64,000 nt of DNA from Crocinitomicaceae bacterium (GTDB lineage Bacteria; Bacteroidota; Bacteroidia; Flavobacteriales_D; Crocinitomicaceae). Location of the stretch: the NCBI GenBank assembly GCA_044361535.1, contig JBIKIQ010000004.1, positions 49,705 to 113,704 on the forward strand. The letters run 5' to 3'. A program made the translations under genes and the position numbers. Below the pieces are notes generated by a model. That model made no database searches. It saw only the letters and a program-made list of their open reading frames with translations, and had not been told where the DNA came from. Below, one piece after another: positions 19,923 through 29,779 of the stretch (positions are counted from its first letter, which is position 1; every line of letters starts with the position of its first letter).

Positions 19923-21188
19923 ATGTCAACTGAAAGCCATATAAAATGTCCGAATTGCGGGACAGACATTAACGTTAATAATATCTTATCTCACCAATTA
20001 GAAGAGGAAATTCGTCAAAAATACCAAGCTCAGCTTACTGAGGAAAAGCAGAAATATCAGAAAGAAAAAGACGCATTTAATAACGAAAAAGAAGAATTTG
20101 AGAAACAAAAAAAACAAGATAAGGCACTTTTTGAGGAGCGTTTAGAAAAACAGCTAAAAGAGGAGCGAATTGCAATAGAAACTAAACTTAAATCAAAATT
20201 ATCCGAAGAACAAGCAGATCAATTTAAGTTGTTACAGGATGAATTAAATCAGAAATCTGAACAAGTTAAAGAACTTAATCGAACTAAAGCTGAAATTGAA
20301 CGACTTAAACGCGAAAAAGAAGAAGCAAAAGAACTCGCTGAGGCTGAGGCTCAGAAAAAGTTGAATGAGCAATTATCTACCGAAAAGGAAAAAATCAGAA
20401 AATCTGAAGAGGAAAAGAATGAACTCAAAATGCGAGACCTTCAAAAGCAATTGGATGATCAAAAACGGTTAACCGAGGAAATGAAACGCAAGCAGGAGCA
20501 AGGTTCTATGCAATTGCAAGGCGAGGTTCAAGAATTAGCCATTGAAGAGTGGTTGCAGACCCAATTTCCTTTGGATTCTATCGAAGAAATTAAAAAAGGT
20601 GCTCGTGGAGGTGATTGCATACAAACAGTGAATACGTTCGCTCAGCAAAATTGTGGGAAAATTTATTATGAAAGCAAACGCACAAAAGATTTTCAAGGCT
20701 CCTGGATTGAAAAATTCAAAGCAGATATGCGCGAAAAAGCTGCTGATATAGGCGTATTAGTTACCGAAGCCATGCCTTCCGATATGGAAAGAATGGGCTT
20801 GCGAGATGGTATTTGGGTTTGCACCTATGAAGAATTTAAAGGGCTGAGTGGCGTTTTGCGTGAATCAATCATTCAAGTAAGCACTGCCTTAGGTTCGCAA
20901 GTGAATAAAGGCGATAAAATGCAATTGTTGTACGATTACCTTACCAGCAATAGTTTCAGAATGCAAGTGGAAGCGATTGTAGAAGGATTTTCATCCATGA
21001 AATCAGCCTTAGAAAGTGAAAAGAGAGCCATGCAGCGCATTTGGAAAGAACGTGAAAAACAAATAGATAAAGTCATCAACAACACGATTGATATGCACGC
21101 CTCTATACGAGGAATTGCTGGAAATGCTATTCAGGCAGTAAAGGCTTTAGAATTACCGGGTGAGGATTTGGATGAAACAGAGGACTAA
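19923..21188 (+). CDS. DUF2130-like protein: zinc-ribbon, long Lys/Glu coiled coil and a C-terminal globular domain
   Basis: N-terminal 'IKCPNCGTDINV', ~180 aa of K/E/Q-rich heptad-like sequence, then 'GSMQLQGEVQELAIEEWL...GARGGDCIQ...YYESKRTK.F...W' as seen in DUF2130 proteins. Confidence 0.7.
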   Translation: MSTESHIKCPNCGTDINVNNILSHQLEEEIRQKYQAQLTEEKQKYQKEKDAFNNEKEEFEKQKKQDKALFEERLEKQLKEERIAIETKLKSKLSEEQADQFKLLQDELNQKSEQVKELNRTKAEIERLKREKEEAKELAEAEAQKKLNEQLSTEKEKIRKSEEEKNELKMRDLQKQLDDQKRLTEEMKRKQEQGSMQLQGEVQELAIEEWLQTQFPLDSIEEIKKGARGGDCIQTVNTFAQQNCGKIYYESKRTKDFQGSWIEKFKADMREKAADIGVLVTEAMPSDMERMGLRDGIWVCTYEEFKGLSGVLRESIIQVSTALGSQVNKGDKMQLLYDYLTSNSFRMQVEAIVEGFSSMKSALESEKRAMQRIWKEREKQIDKVINNTIDMHASIRGIAGNAIQAVKALELPGEDLDETED

Positions 21189-21267
21189 CAAAGTATGGTA
21201 AATAAATTTGTTGGTGTATTTTGCACTAGGCTTGTTCATATTCTGTTAATATTACAACAATAAAGGA

Positions 21268-21275
21268 TATCTTTG
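21268..21275 (+). promoter_or_regulatory. Putative -7 promoter box for the CotH operon
   Basis: 'tatctttg', 39 nt upstream of the ATG at 21315. Confidence 0.5.
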
Positions 21276-21314
21276 CAACTCTTTTGTTCTAAATTAATTT
21301 ACACAAACAAAGGC

Positions 21315-23510
21315 ATGTCAATTCAAATTATCCGCAAAGTGAAACAGGTTATTGGTTTAACCACAGTCATCATTTTTATAGGAATTAGTAAATTATTCGG
21401 TCAAGTTGATCATTGGGAAACCATTGTTTACGACACTTCTTCTTGGCGATATGTTGTACCAACGGCAGCAACCTCGATGAACTGGATTCAACCAAGTTTT
21501 GATGCATCCTCGTGGAATCTAGGAAATGGTGGATTTGGATTTGCAGATGGTGATGATGGCACAATAATTCCAACCTCATCAATTTCGGTATTTGCCAGAA
21601 AAGAATTTACAATTTCAGACCTTTCTACCATTAAGAAAGTAATCCTTAACATGGATTATGACGATGCATTTGTGGCATATATTAACGGTATTGAGGTAGC
21701 TCGTAATGGTTTAACATCGACCGGGCAGCCAGCCTACAATCAATTAGGTGAAATCTCTCACGAGGCAAAATTGTACCAAAACCAATATCCAGATCAATTC
21801 CTCTATGACATTGTAGATTTCCCCGCAACTCTTGTTCAAGGCGTAAATGTGATCTGTGTGGAAGTTCATAATCAAACTGCCGCATCATCAGACTTAACAT
21901 GTCGTCCATTTTTATCTTTCGGAATTGACAGTCCAACTTTTACCTATTATCAAACCCCGACTTGGTTCATTGCCCCTATCACGTTTTCCAGTTCAACTTT
22001 GCCAATTGTCGTATTAAACACAAACAATGTTGAAATTCCAGATGAACCAAAAATTCATGCGACAATGGGTATCATTTATAATGGCGAAGGGAATGTTAAT
22101 TCTATTTCTGATCCATTTAATGAATTTTATGGTGAAATTGGAATTGAAAGGAGAGGATCATCGTCCAATGGGTTCCCCATGAAATCCTATGGCTTAGAAA
22201 CTAGAGGACCAGATTCTTCCAATTACAATGTATCAATTTTTGATTTTCCAAGTGATAATGACTGGATTTTGTATGCGCCTTATACGGACAAGAGCTTTAT
22301 TAGAAATATTATAACATATCATTTAGGCAATGAAATGGGTAATTACTCTCCAAGAACCAAGTTGTGTGAAGTAGTATTAAACGATGAATATATCGGTGTT
22401 TATGTATTCATGGAACGAATAAAGATTAATACAGGAAGAGTAAATATAAACCCGGTTTTACCACAAGACACACTAGAAAATGAATTAACTGGAGGCTATA
22501 TTGTTAAGGTTGACAAAACTACTGCTGGAGGAATTATCGCGTGGACTTCCCCACATTTAGCAAGCGCTCCGAGCACAAATTCAATTCGCTATCAATTACA
22601 CGATCCTGAAATAACTGAATTACATCCTCTCCAATTAAACTACATTCAGAATTATATAACTGCTTGGGAGGATACTCTAGCGGGAAATAATTTTACGGAT
22701 CCCGTTAACGGTTTTAGAAAATTCATTGATGTTCAATCATTTATAGATTTTATGTTAGTGAACGAATTGTCAAAAAATGTTGATGGTTACCGTATTTCAA
22801 CTTTTTTACACAAGCAACGTTTCAGTGAGGGTGGAAAATTAGTTGCTGGACCTTTGTGGGATTTTAATTTAGGTTGGGGTAATGCAAATTATTGCTACGG
22901 AGGTGATACTACTGGTTGGGAAATTGATTTCAACAATTATTGTGCCGGTGGACTAGACAATCCATTTTGGTGGAAAAGAATGCTACAAGATTCACTTTAT
23001 GCTAATGAAGTTAATTGCCGATGGTTTAGTTTAAGAAATGGGATCTTAAGTACAGATTATCTCATGAATTATATTGATAGTTTAGCAGAAATTCTTGAAG
23101 TGCCAGCCTCTCGAAATTATAACAAATGGCCAATTTTAGGAACCTATGTTTGGCCTAATAATTTTATTGGAAATACATACCAAGAAGAAATTGAATACAT
23201 GAAAGAATGGGTTTTGGGCCGACTAACATGGATGGATAACAATATGTTTGGCTCTTGCCCTAGCGCAGGTATAGGGAGTAAATCTGATAATAAAATTACT
23301 TTATACCCTAATCCTACATCAAATAGTTTAAAATTAGCAGGATTGATTGGGGACGATCAATTAATTATTAGAGATGTTTTTGGTAAAATCATCAATCAAA
23401 CAACCGTTAATTCTCAATCAACAATTGACCTTTCAAATCTTCAGAACGGACTTTATATCATTGAATTACTTCAAAATAAAATAACAACTAAAATTATATT
23501 AAATCGATAA
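21315..23510 (+). CDS. CotH kinase-family protein with an N-terminal galactose-binding-like domain and a type-A T9SS CTD
   Basis: CotH-like core: 'LPIVVLNTNN..IPDEPKI', 'RGSSS...PKKSY-like', 'DWILYAPYTDKSFIRNIITYHLGNEMG', 'CEVVLNDEYIGVYVFMERIK', 'GGYIVKVDK' and 'VDGYRISTFLHK'. C-terminus 'LYPNPTSNSLKL...'. Start set to the ATG at 21315, because the TTG at 21273 falls inside the -7 box. Confidence 0.8.
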   Translation: MSIQIIRKVKQVIGLTTVIIFIGISKLFGQVDHWETIVYDTSSWRYVVPTAATSMNWIQPSFDASSWNLGNGGFGFADGDDGTIIPTSSISVFARKEFTISDLSTIKKVILNMDYDDAFVAYINGIEVARNGLTSTGQPAYNQLGEISHEAKLYQNQYPDQFLYDIVDFPATLVQGVNVICVEVHNQTAASSDLTCRPFLSFGIDSPTFTYYQTPTWFIAPITFSSSTLPIVVLNTNNVEIPDEPKIHATMGIIYNGEGNVNSISDPFNEFYGEIGIERRGSSSNGFPMKSYGLETRGPDSSNYNVSIFDFPSDNDWILYAPYTDKSFIRNIITYHLGNEMGNYSPRTKLCEVVLNDEYIGVYVFMERIKINTGRVNINPVLPQDTLENELTGGYIVKVDKTTAGGIIAWTSPHLASAPSTNSIRYQLHDPEITELHPLQLNYIQNYITAWEDTLAGNNFTDPVNGFRKFIDVQSFIDFMLVNELSKNVDGYRISTFLHKQRFSEGGKLVAGPLWDFNLGWGNANYCYGGDTTGWEIDFNNYCAGGLDNPFWWKRMLQDSLYANEVNCRWFSLRNGILSTDYLMNYIDSLAEILEVPASRNYNKWPILGTYVWPNNFIGNTYQEEIEYMKEWVLGRLTWMDNNMFGSCPSAGIGSKSDNKITLYPNPTSNSLKLAGLIGDDQLIIRDVFGKIINQTTVNSQSTIDLSNLQNGLYIIELLQNKITTKIILNR

Positions 23511-23513
23511 ATT

Positions 23514-24266
23514 ATGCGACAAACATTTCTTCTTCTTTCGTTACTTGTAATAATAACATCATGTAAAAAAATAGAGGGGCCAGGCGGGACTTCTGCGATA
23601 CGCGGAAAATTAAGTGGTCAAGATTATTCATTTGGTGATAAAGAAATTACCACTGTTTCTTTTACATCAGGAGCTACCATTGAACACGGCGATTATTGGT
23701 TATTAAATTCTACCGACAATTCCAAATTGTATTACATTTATTACACAAACCCATCATGGATTTCGTCAGCTGATCCTCAACTACAAGGAAGAACAGGAAT
23801 TGCTGTTTCCTTTAATTACAGCGATTCAAATCTTGAGGTTGCTCAACGCACTTTAGATTCAATACAACAAGTAAGTGGATTGCCTTTTAGCCTATCGTTA
23901 TCACAGGATATCCTTACTATTACGTCTAACACAACCGGTGAAGTTGTTGATGCAGATGACTATTCTACTCCATTTACAGTGGATGTCTCTAACCAAGGCT
24001 CCCCTAACATTACAGGAGATTCTTTTGGTCGGGGTGGTGAACGTGTTTACATCATTTATGGTCAAAATGAATATTCTTCAAATTCGGTAAGAACAGATGA
24101 AAATGGATTATTTTCTTTTGAAGGCTTGCAAAAAGGCACCTATACAATTTATTCCTTGTCTGAAGATACTTTGCAAAATGGAAAATTTAATAGAGTGTCA
24201 AAAAAAATACAAATAACTGATAAAAAACAAATTGTTGATGCAGGTGATTTACATGTGTACTATTAA
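23514..24266 (+). CDS. Hypothetical lipoprotein with carboxypeptidase-regulatory-like strands
   Basis: Lipobox 'LVIITSCKK'. 'IRGKLSG' near the N-terminus and 'RTDENGLFSFEGLQKGTYTIY' near the C-terminus resemble the first and later strands of a CarboxypepD_reg fold, separated by a ~140-aa insert. Starts 3 nt after the CotH stop. Confidence 0.55.
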   Translation: MRQTFLLLSLLVIITSCKKIEGPGGTSAIRGKLSGQDYSFGDKEITTVSFTSGATIEHGDYWLLNSTDNSKLYYIYYTNPSWISSADPQLQGRTGIAVSFNYSDSNLEVAQRTLDSIQQVSGLPFSLSLSQDILTITSNTTGEVVDADDYSTPFTVDVSNQGSPNITGDSFGRGGERVYIIYGQNEYSSNSVRTDENGLFSFEGLQKGTYTIYSLSEDTLQNGKFNRVSKKIQITDKKQIVDAGDLHVYY

Positions 24267-24951
24267 GCGCTCTATTCCTTTTATTGTTGGTGTTTTAATT
24301 ACGACTAGCCAACTAAATGCCCAATTTTCATCATGGTTGGGAGTTAGTGTAAATAAATCTCTTGGAAAACATCTTGATTTAGAGGGTTCCTATGAATACA
24401 GATTTAAAAACACCAATAAATTTGACAAATCTAATATTGATTTCAAATTCACTCAGAATTGGACCAAAGGTCTTGAAACTTTTGTAAGGTATCGCAATTC
24501 AATGGAAAACAACAAATTCAGTGGATTGAACTCAAGAATTTATGCATATAACAATAGAATTAGCTTCGGTATAGATGTTTCGTTTTTGAGGTTATTTGAT
24601 GTTTCTAAACGCACTAAACTTAATTGGACCATTGCTCAACAATTAGATAATAACCAATTTAGAAGAAACAGCAGTATGCTTAGAAATAGATTGACATTTA
24701 AACATGATATAAAAGACTTTTTTCTTTCTCCTTTTGTTTCTATTGAACATTTTTACAGATGGAATCGTGATATAATTTATAGGGAAGATGAAATAGTTAT
24801 CGCTAGCGGAACAAGCGCATTTCGATATTTTCTAGGTTCTGACATCGAAATAAATAAGTCTCAAAAACTTGTAGTTTCTTTTGGTTTGAGAGAATCATTA
24901 CTTAAAAATTCTTCCTTCATTTTAAGAATTAATTATAAAATGAGTTTTTAA
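24253..24951 (+). CDS. Putative outer-membrane beta-barrel protein (DUF2490-like)
   Basis: Signal peptide 'IVGVLITTSQLNAQ', alternating amphipathic beta-strand pattern rich in Y/R/N/F, terminal Phe ('INYKMSF'). The ATG at 24253 overlaps the upstream stop by 14 nt. Confidence 0.5.
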   Translation: MCTIKRSIPFIVGVLITTSQLNAQFSSWLGVSVNKSLGKHLDLEGSYEYRFKNTNKFDKSNIDFKFTQNWTKGLETFVRYRNSMENNKFSGLNSRIYAYNNRISFGIDVSFLRLFDVSKRTKLNWTIAQQLDNNQFRRNSSMLRNRLTFKHDIKDFFLSPFVSIEHFYRWNRDIIYREDEIVIASGTSAFRYFLGSDIEINKSQKLVVSFGLRESLLKNSSFILRINYKMSF

Positions 24952-24978
24952 ACGCCTATTTCCGTTTTTAAATAAAGG

Positions 24979-25231
24979 GAGTTCGGGATAAGAATTTTCT
25001 CAGATCTTTTGTTAAATATCCAAGTGTTAGATGTTATTCTTAGTAATAACGAGTTATCTTAAATGAAATCAAAGCAACAAATGGGTGTGTCATGGAACCA
25101 CAAAATATAAATTTCTTTTAGATACAGTCGTCTACTTCTTGAAAATCACGCGTCGTATCTTAATACGCCTTGCTCTTTTCACTTGTATCCAACAATTCAA
25201 AGCGATCTGACTTTATTCATATCCGGAACTC
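24979..25231. repeat. Imperfect 17-bp inverted repeat pair flanking a ~220-bp non-coding stretch
   Basis: 'gagttcgggataagaat' (24979-24995) against the reverse complement of 25215-25231, 'gagttccggatatgaat': 15 of 17 identical. Confidence 0.35.
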
Positions 25232-25253
25232 ACATTAAATAACTTATTAAAAT

Positions 25254-25294
25254 AAAAAAAGTGGTCAAGGTTTTGACCACTTTTCGTTTTTTTT
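25254..25294. terminator. Bidirectional rho-independent terminator
   Basis: 'gtggtcaa' (25261-68), loop 'ggtt', 'ttgaccac' (25273-80). A7 lies upstream and 'ttttcgtttttttt' downstream. It sits 10 nt past the stop of the minus-strand SprB-repeat gene. Confidence 0.75.
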
Positions 25295-25304
25295 CAAGAT
25301 GTTT

Positions 25305-28300
25305 TTATTGCTTTATCCAACATTTAATTGATTCATTAAATTTGATTAGATACGTTCCTCTTTCTAATCTCGATAGATCAAGTAATCTCTCATTTTCAGA
25401 AATGGCTTCTGAAACAATTATTTTACCATTGACATCCATTACATCTATAAGTCCATTATGAGTACCTGTAATAATTAAAAAGTCTGTACCGGGATTAGGA
25501 TAAACAGTCCAGTTTTGCTCAATATTCTGATCATAAACTCCAACCGTTGTGCTAAGAACGTTTACTGTATCAGAATATGTACAACCATTTGCATCACTTA
25601 TTGTAAAAATATATTCACCACCAACAAGTGCAGAAATATCCTCTGTTGTTGCTCCATTACTCCATGTGAACGAATAAGGAGCCGTAGCACCGTTTACATT
25701 TAAATCAATTGAACCATCATTTCCAACTAACTCGTCCGTAGTTGTTATAGAAACAGAAAAAGCAGATGGTTCAATAACTGTAGTACTTACCGTATCAACA
25801 CAACCATTGGCGTCGGTTATAATACATTCATATGTTCCACCTGATAAACCAGCTAACGCAGAAGAAAATGATGTTGAATTAGTCCAATCATATACATATG
25901 GAGCTGAGCCACCAGTTGCAAGGACAGACACTGAACCAGTATTTGTACCGTTGCATAGAGGATTATTACTCGTTCCAGCAGCACTGAAATCTGACAATAA
26001 TACATTGGTTGAAACCGTATCAGTACAACCAAGGGCATCTGTAACTACGCAAGTATAATTTCCAATGGAAGCATTTTGCAATGTATCGTCAGTCACCGAA
26101 GAATTTAACCAAGAAAAAGTGTAAGGAGCAATTCCATTTTGGACGCTAACCACTAAATCACTTGTTGAAGTTGAATAACAAACAACAGCGTCTTCAGGTG
26201 AGATAGCTTGAATTTGAGATAGCTCGGTTAAGGTATCAAAAACCACAACAACACAACCGGTAGCATCTGTTATTGAACAAGAATAGTTACCCGCTGGTAA
26301 GTTATTTGCTGTATCAGAAGCCACTACATTATTTGACCATGAATAGTTGTAAGGTTCTACACCATTTGCCGCCACTAAAATAATCTGACCAGTATTTGTA
26401 TTTGCGCAACTAACATCAGTTGAACTAGTCGTAGCACTTAAATTAGATAAACTTGGTACAACAATATTTTCAGTAGCAGTACATGCATTAACATCCGTTA
26501 ATGTAATTCCATAAGCACCACTTGAAAGACTTGATAAATCTTCTGTATTTTGTCCATTAGTCCATAAAACTGACAATGTGCCCGTGCCTCCAGAAATCGC
26601 ATTGTCAATCGCTCCATCAGATGCTCCACAAGAAGCCGCAGTAACCGTTTCGGTAATTTGCATAGGTACACACGTTTGGAAAATTGGATTTATTACGTAG
26701 GACACTAAAAAGTTAAACTGTTCCACTGTTGCCCATGTTGCGGCACCTGCAGGACTTTGGTCCCACTTAAGAAATGCTCTATTTGGGGTATGATAACTGG
26801 AAGAAGTCGCTAATCTAATATTTCCAGCATTTTCAATTACACCAAAAAAGTAAGTCCCAGCATTTAATGGAAGAGTTCCTCCTTGAATAGGTAATTTTAA
26901 TACCACACCCGAGGTATTGTCGGCAGCAGTTGTTGAGTAAGTTGTCGTACTTGCAATAGGTGTGCCGGTTGGGATTCCATTAGATGTAGCGTAAATATCA
27001 ACCCTAACAGGTTGATTGGCAGGAGTTCCTGCATTTAAAACAAACTGCACTGAATCTAAATAATCATTTGCTGATAAAGTATAGGTTTGACCTAATATCC
27101 CATTGTCATATACACCAGCAGTTGCATTATTTCCAATTCCCAATGATCCAGTTATACCGTAAGTTCTTGACATAGACTGTTTTGTTCTAGAAAATCCTGT
27201 AGTTGCAGAATTATTTTGTGGAATCTGATCCGTGGCAGCTGAAAAAACATAGTTTACTGTATAATTATCATAAGCAGAAACCAAATAATTAGGTATTGTA
27301 AAAGTTCCTGTCTGACCCGCCGCTAAATCTTGTGCTGCTGAAGTTGCAGTATATAAAACATTTCCTTGTCCGTCAAATAATGAAGCCGTCATAGTAACAC
27401 CTTGAATTGCTGATGTACCATTGTTTTTGCCATTTGCCGAAAACTGAAGGTCATTTCCAGTTAATGATTGTCTTGAATGAATTCTTGTATATTCACCTCC
27501 TGGATTTAAATTGCTGACATAAACAATATCATTTACTGGATCACTTCCGAATTTAGGTCGAATCATAAATGCATAACTTACACCATATAATTCCATCGGA
27601 TTCCATGCTCCCGTTCCAACTTTTACAAGATTTCTTCCATTCGTAAATAAACTTGCATCACAACCAATAGGAAAAGATGTCGTTCCTGTTTTTGTAATCG
27701 CTACAACATATTCACCTGCTGTTACAGCTAAAGGAGCTGGAAACACATGATTTTTCCATCCTGCACCGTTATTGGTAATACTTGCAGATGTGTACAAAGG
27801 CGTTGTACCTACCACTCCGTTTGTAACAGAAAAAACTTGTACTGTATAGGCTTGTGTCGTTGATGTAGAAGCAATATAGTATTGTGCTCCTGTCATTTGA
27901 TCAGCCCCCAATACGCTGTATTGAACTCCCTGTGAATATCCATTCGTCGTTGACCAGTTAAATGCAGTAGTATAAATATCTTTATCCCGAGCCATATAAT
28001 TATAGTCTAGAATTAGGTCTTGTTGTGCCAGATTATTTGCAACAACTTGGTCTAACTCATTTTGAGTTTTCACGTACTTGATAAGATAGGAATTTGAGGA
28101 TGTAAGCGAGGGTGCCCAAACACCAGAAACAACAACTTGTTGACCACCGATACCTAAATTTATTGGTGATGATGAATACGTTGTAATTGGAGTGGTTGTA
28201 TTCGGTAGTTCATAAATCTCTGCTGTTAAAACTACATTTGTTAATGAATTCGCACTTAAATTTTTAATGGTTCCTCCTAAGGTAATTCCATTTGATGCTT

Positions 28301-28808
28301 GAGTAATTGGAATTCGTGTATATCTATTTGTCAAAAAATTAATTTCAGAATCATTATTTGATGGAAGTGGACTGAAGGTGAAATTCCAAGTAAATCCATT
28401 TGCATCCCAAACATCATCCCATTCAAAATAATACGTATTACCAGCGAGTAATATCACATTGTCGATACGAGATGCATAGGCAGCCGTACCTGTTGAAATA
28501 CAACCAGCGAAATCATCATTAGTTGCAACTTGCGACAGTGCAGCGCAATTTCCTGACCAAATCCACAACCTAGTGTCAGCTCCTCCACTACATGAATTAA
28601 TGTTCATAATCCCCGAATTGGAGGGAGTAAAACTGTACCATCCAGCAGCAGTAGCATCTGGTTGACTTGGGGTTCCAGTTAATGGAGAAGCTGTGAACGT
28701 ACCTGGGGTTACAGGTAATGCAGTGCCACATGTTCCTCCTTGGGCTTGAGTTTCAGAATATTTAAAAACAGAAAATACGGCCAATAAAAGAAGTAATTTT
28801 TTCTTCAT
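25305..28808 (-). CDS. Large T9SS-secreted protein with SprB-type repeats and a type-A CTD
   Basis: Signal peptide. N-terminal 'GGTCGTALPV...WYSFTP...INSC...DTRLWIWSGNC...NDD' module. About five repeats of the form 'C.G...G.I......G..PY.(Y/F).W.N' (for example 'CNGTNTGSVSVLATGGSAPYVYDWTN'). C-terminus 'VYPNPGTDFLIITG...'. Confidence 0.8.
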   Translation of the reverse strand: MKKKLLLLLAVFSVFKYSETQAQGGTCGTALPVTPGTFTASPLTGTPSQPDATAAGWYSFTPSNSGIMNINSCSGGADTRLWIWSGNCAALSQVATNDDFAGCISTGTAAYASRIDNVILLAGNTYYFEWDDVWDANGFTWNFTFSPLPSNNDSEINFLTNRYTRIPITQASNGITLGGTIKNLSANSLTNVVLTAEIYELPNTTTPITTYSSSPINLGIGGQQVVVSGVWAPSLTSSNSYLIKYVKTQNELDQVVANNLAQQDLILDYNYMARDKDIYTTAFNWSTTNGYSQGVQYSVLGADQMTGAQYYIASTSTTQAYTVQVFSVTNGVVGTTPLYTSASITNNGAGWKNHVFPAPLAVTAGEYVVAITKTGTTSFPIGCDASLFTNGRNLVKVGTGAWNPMELYGVSYAFMIRPKFGSDPVNDIVYVSNLNPGGEYTRIHSRQSLTGNDLQFSANGKNNGTSAIQGVTMTASLFDGQGNVLYTATSAAQDLAAGQTGTFTIPNYLVSAYDNYTVNYVFSAATDQIPQNNSATTGFSRTKQSMSRTYGITGSLGIGNNATAGVYDNGILGQTYTLSANDYLDSVQFVLNAGTPANQPVRVDIYATSNGIPTGTPIASTTTYSTTAADNTSGVVLKLPIQGGTLPLNAGTYFFGVIENAGNIRLATSSSYHTPNRAFLKWDQSPAGAATWATVEQFNFLVSYVINPIFQTCVPMQITETVTAASCGASDGAIDNAISGGTGTLSVLWTNGQNTEDLSSLSSGAYGITLTDVNACTATENIVVPSLSNLSATTSSTDVSCANTNTGQIILVAANGVEPYNYSWSNNVVASDTANNLPAGNYSCSITDATGCVVVVFDTLTELSQIQAISPEDAVVCYSTSTSDLVVSVQNGIAPYTFSWLNSSVTDDTLQNASIGNYTCVVTDALGCTDTVSTNVLLSDFSAAGTSNNPLCNGTNTGSVSVLATGGSAPYVYDWTNSTSFSSALAGLSGGTYECIITDANGCVDTVSTTVIEPSAFSVSITTTDELVGNDGSIDLNVNGATAPYSFTWSNGATTEDISALVGGEYIFTISDANGCTYSDTVNVLSTTVGVYDQNIEQNWTVYPNPGTDFLIITGTHNGLIDVMDVNGKIIVSEAISENERLLDLSRLERGTYLIKFNESIKCWIKQ

Positions 28809-28948
28809 ATAAATTTAGTTTTAGTTTAAAGTTAACATTAAATAAATACCTAACTGTAAATGTTGGCGATTTAATACTAGTTTTTAGGTTATTTTAAAGC
28901 AATTAGCTTAAGAAATTAGGCGACCTTATTCAAGTAAATAATAAAAAT

Positions 28949-29743
28949 CTAACGTCCATCTCCGTCTAAAAGATTTCCCAAACCACCCAAAATACCACTT
29001 CCCTCTTCTTTATGCTGAGTGGTGCCATAAGCCAATATACGAGAAGCCAAACGAGAAATTGGTAATGTTTGTAACCAAACTTCGCCTGGACCTTTAAGGG
29101 TAGCAAAGAAAACTCCTTCACCACCAAAAAGTGTATTTTTAATACCACCAATAAATTGAATATCGTAATCTACATCTTGTGTGTAAGCAACGATACAACC
29201 CGTATCGACACGCAAAACCTCTCCTGGATTTAATTTTCTACTCATAACATGTCCTCCAGCATGACAAAATGCCATTCCATCACCTTCCAATTTTTGCATA
29301 ATAAAACCTTCCCCACCAAATAAACCTGTCCCTAGCTTACGCTGAAATTCAATCCCAACGGATACTCCTTTGGCTGCACACAAAAAGGAATCCTTTTGAC
29401 AAATTACTTTTCCATTATACTGTTGAAGATCTATTGGAATGATTTTTCCAGGATAGGGTGAAGCAAAGGCAACACGTGCTTTACCGGCTCCAGTGTGCGT
29501 GTATGCAGTCATAAACAAACTTTCACCAGTCAACAAACGCTTTCCGGCACTCCATAGCTTACCCATAAATCCTTGCTGCTGTTGGGAACCGTCTCCAAAA
29601 ATAGTTTCCATTTTAATTCCGTCATCCATATACATAAATGCACCAGCTTCAGCAATGGCAGTCTCTTGAGGGTCCAATTCAATTTCAACGAGTTGCATTT
29701 CCTCGCCTTTAATAAAATAGTCGATTTCGTGATTTGTTCTCAT
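28949..29743 (-). CDS. AIM24 / TIGR00266 family protein
   Basis: '[42 protein letters not shown]' and '[22 protein letters not shown]' match this conserved family. Gly-rich C-terminal tail. Confidence 0.8.
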   Translation of the reverse strand: MRTNHEIDYFIKGEEMQLVEIELDPQETAIAEAGAFMYMDDGIKMETIFGDGSQQQQGFMGKLWSAGKRLLTGESLFMTAYTHTGAGKARVAFASPYPGKIIPIDLQQYNGKVICQKDSFLCAAKGVSVGIEFQRKLGTGLFGGEGFIMQKLEGDGMAFCHAGGHVMSRKLNPGEVLRVDTGCIVAYTQDVDYDIQFIGGIKNTLFGGEGVFFATLKGPGEVWLQTLPISRLASRILAYGTTQHKEEGSGILGGLGNLLDGDGR

Positions 29744-29779
29744 ATGTTTAGTTCAAATTATAATTAAAAATAGTTTTAT

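Noticed and set aside
25261-25461. 66-aa plus-strand ORF beginning in the intergenic region
   Set aside because: Its first codons are the stem of the bidirectional terminator hairpin (gtggtcaaggttttgaccac). The rest is antisense to the CTD of the SprB-repeat gene.
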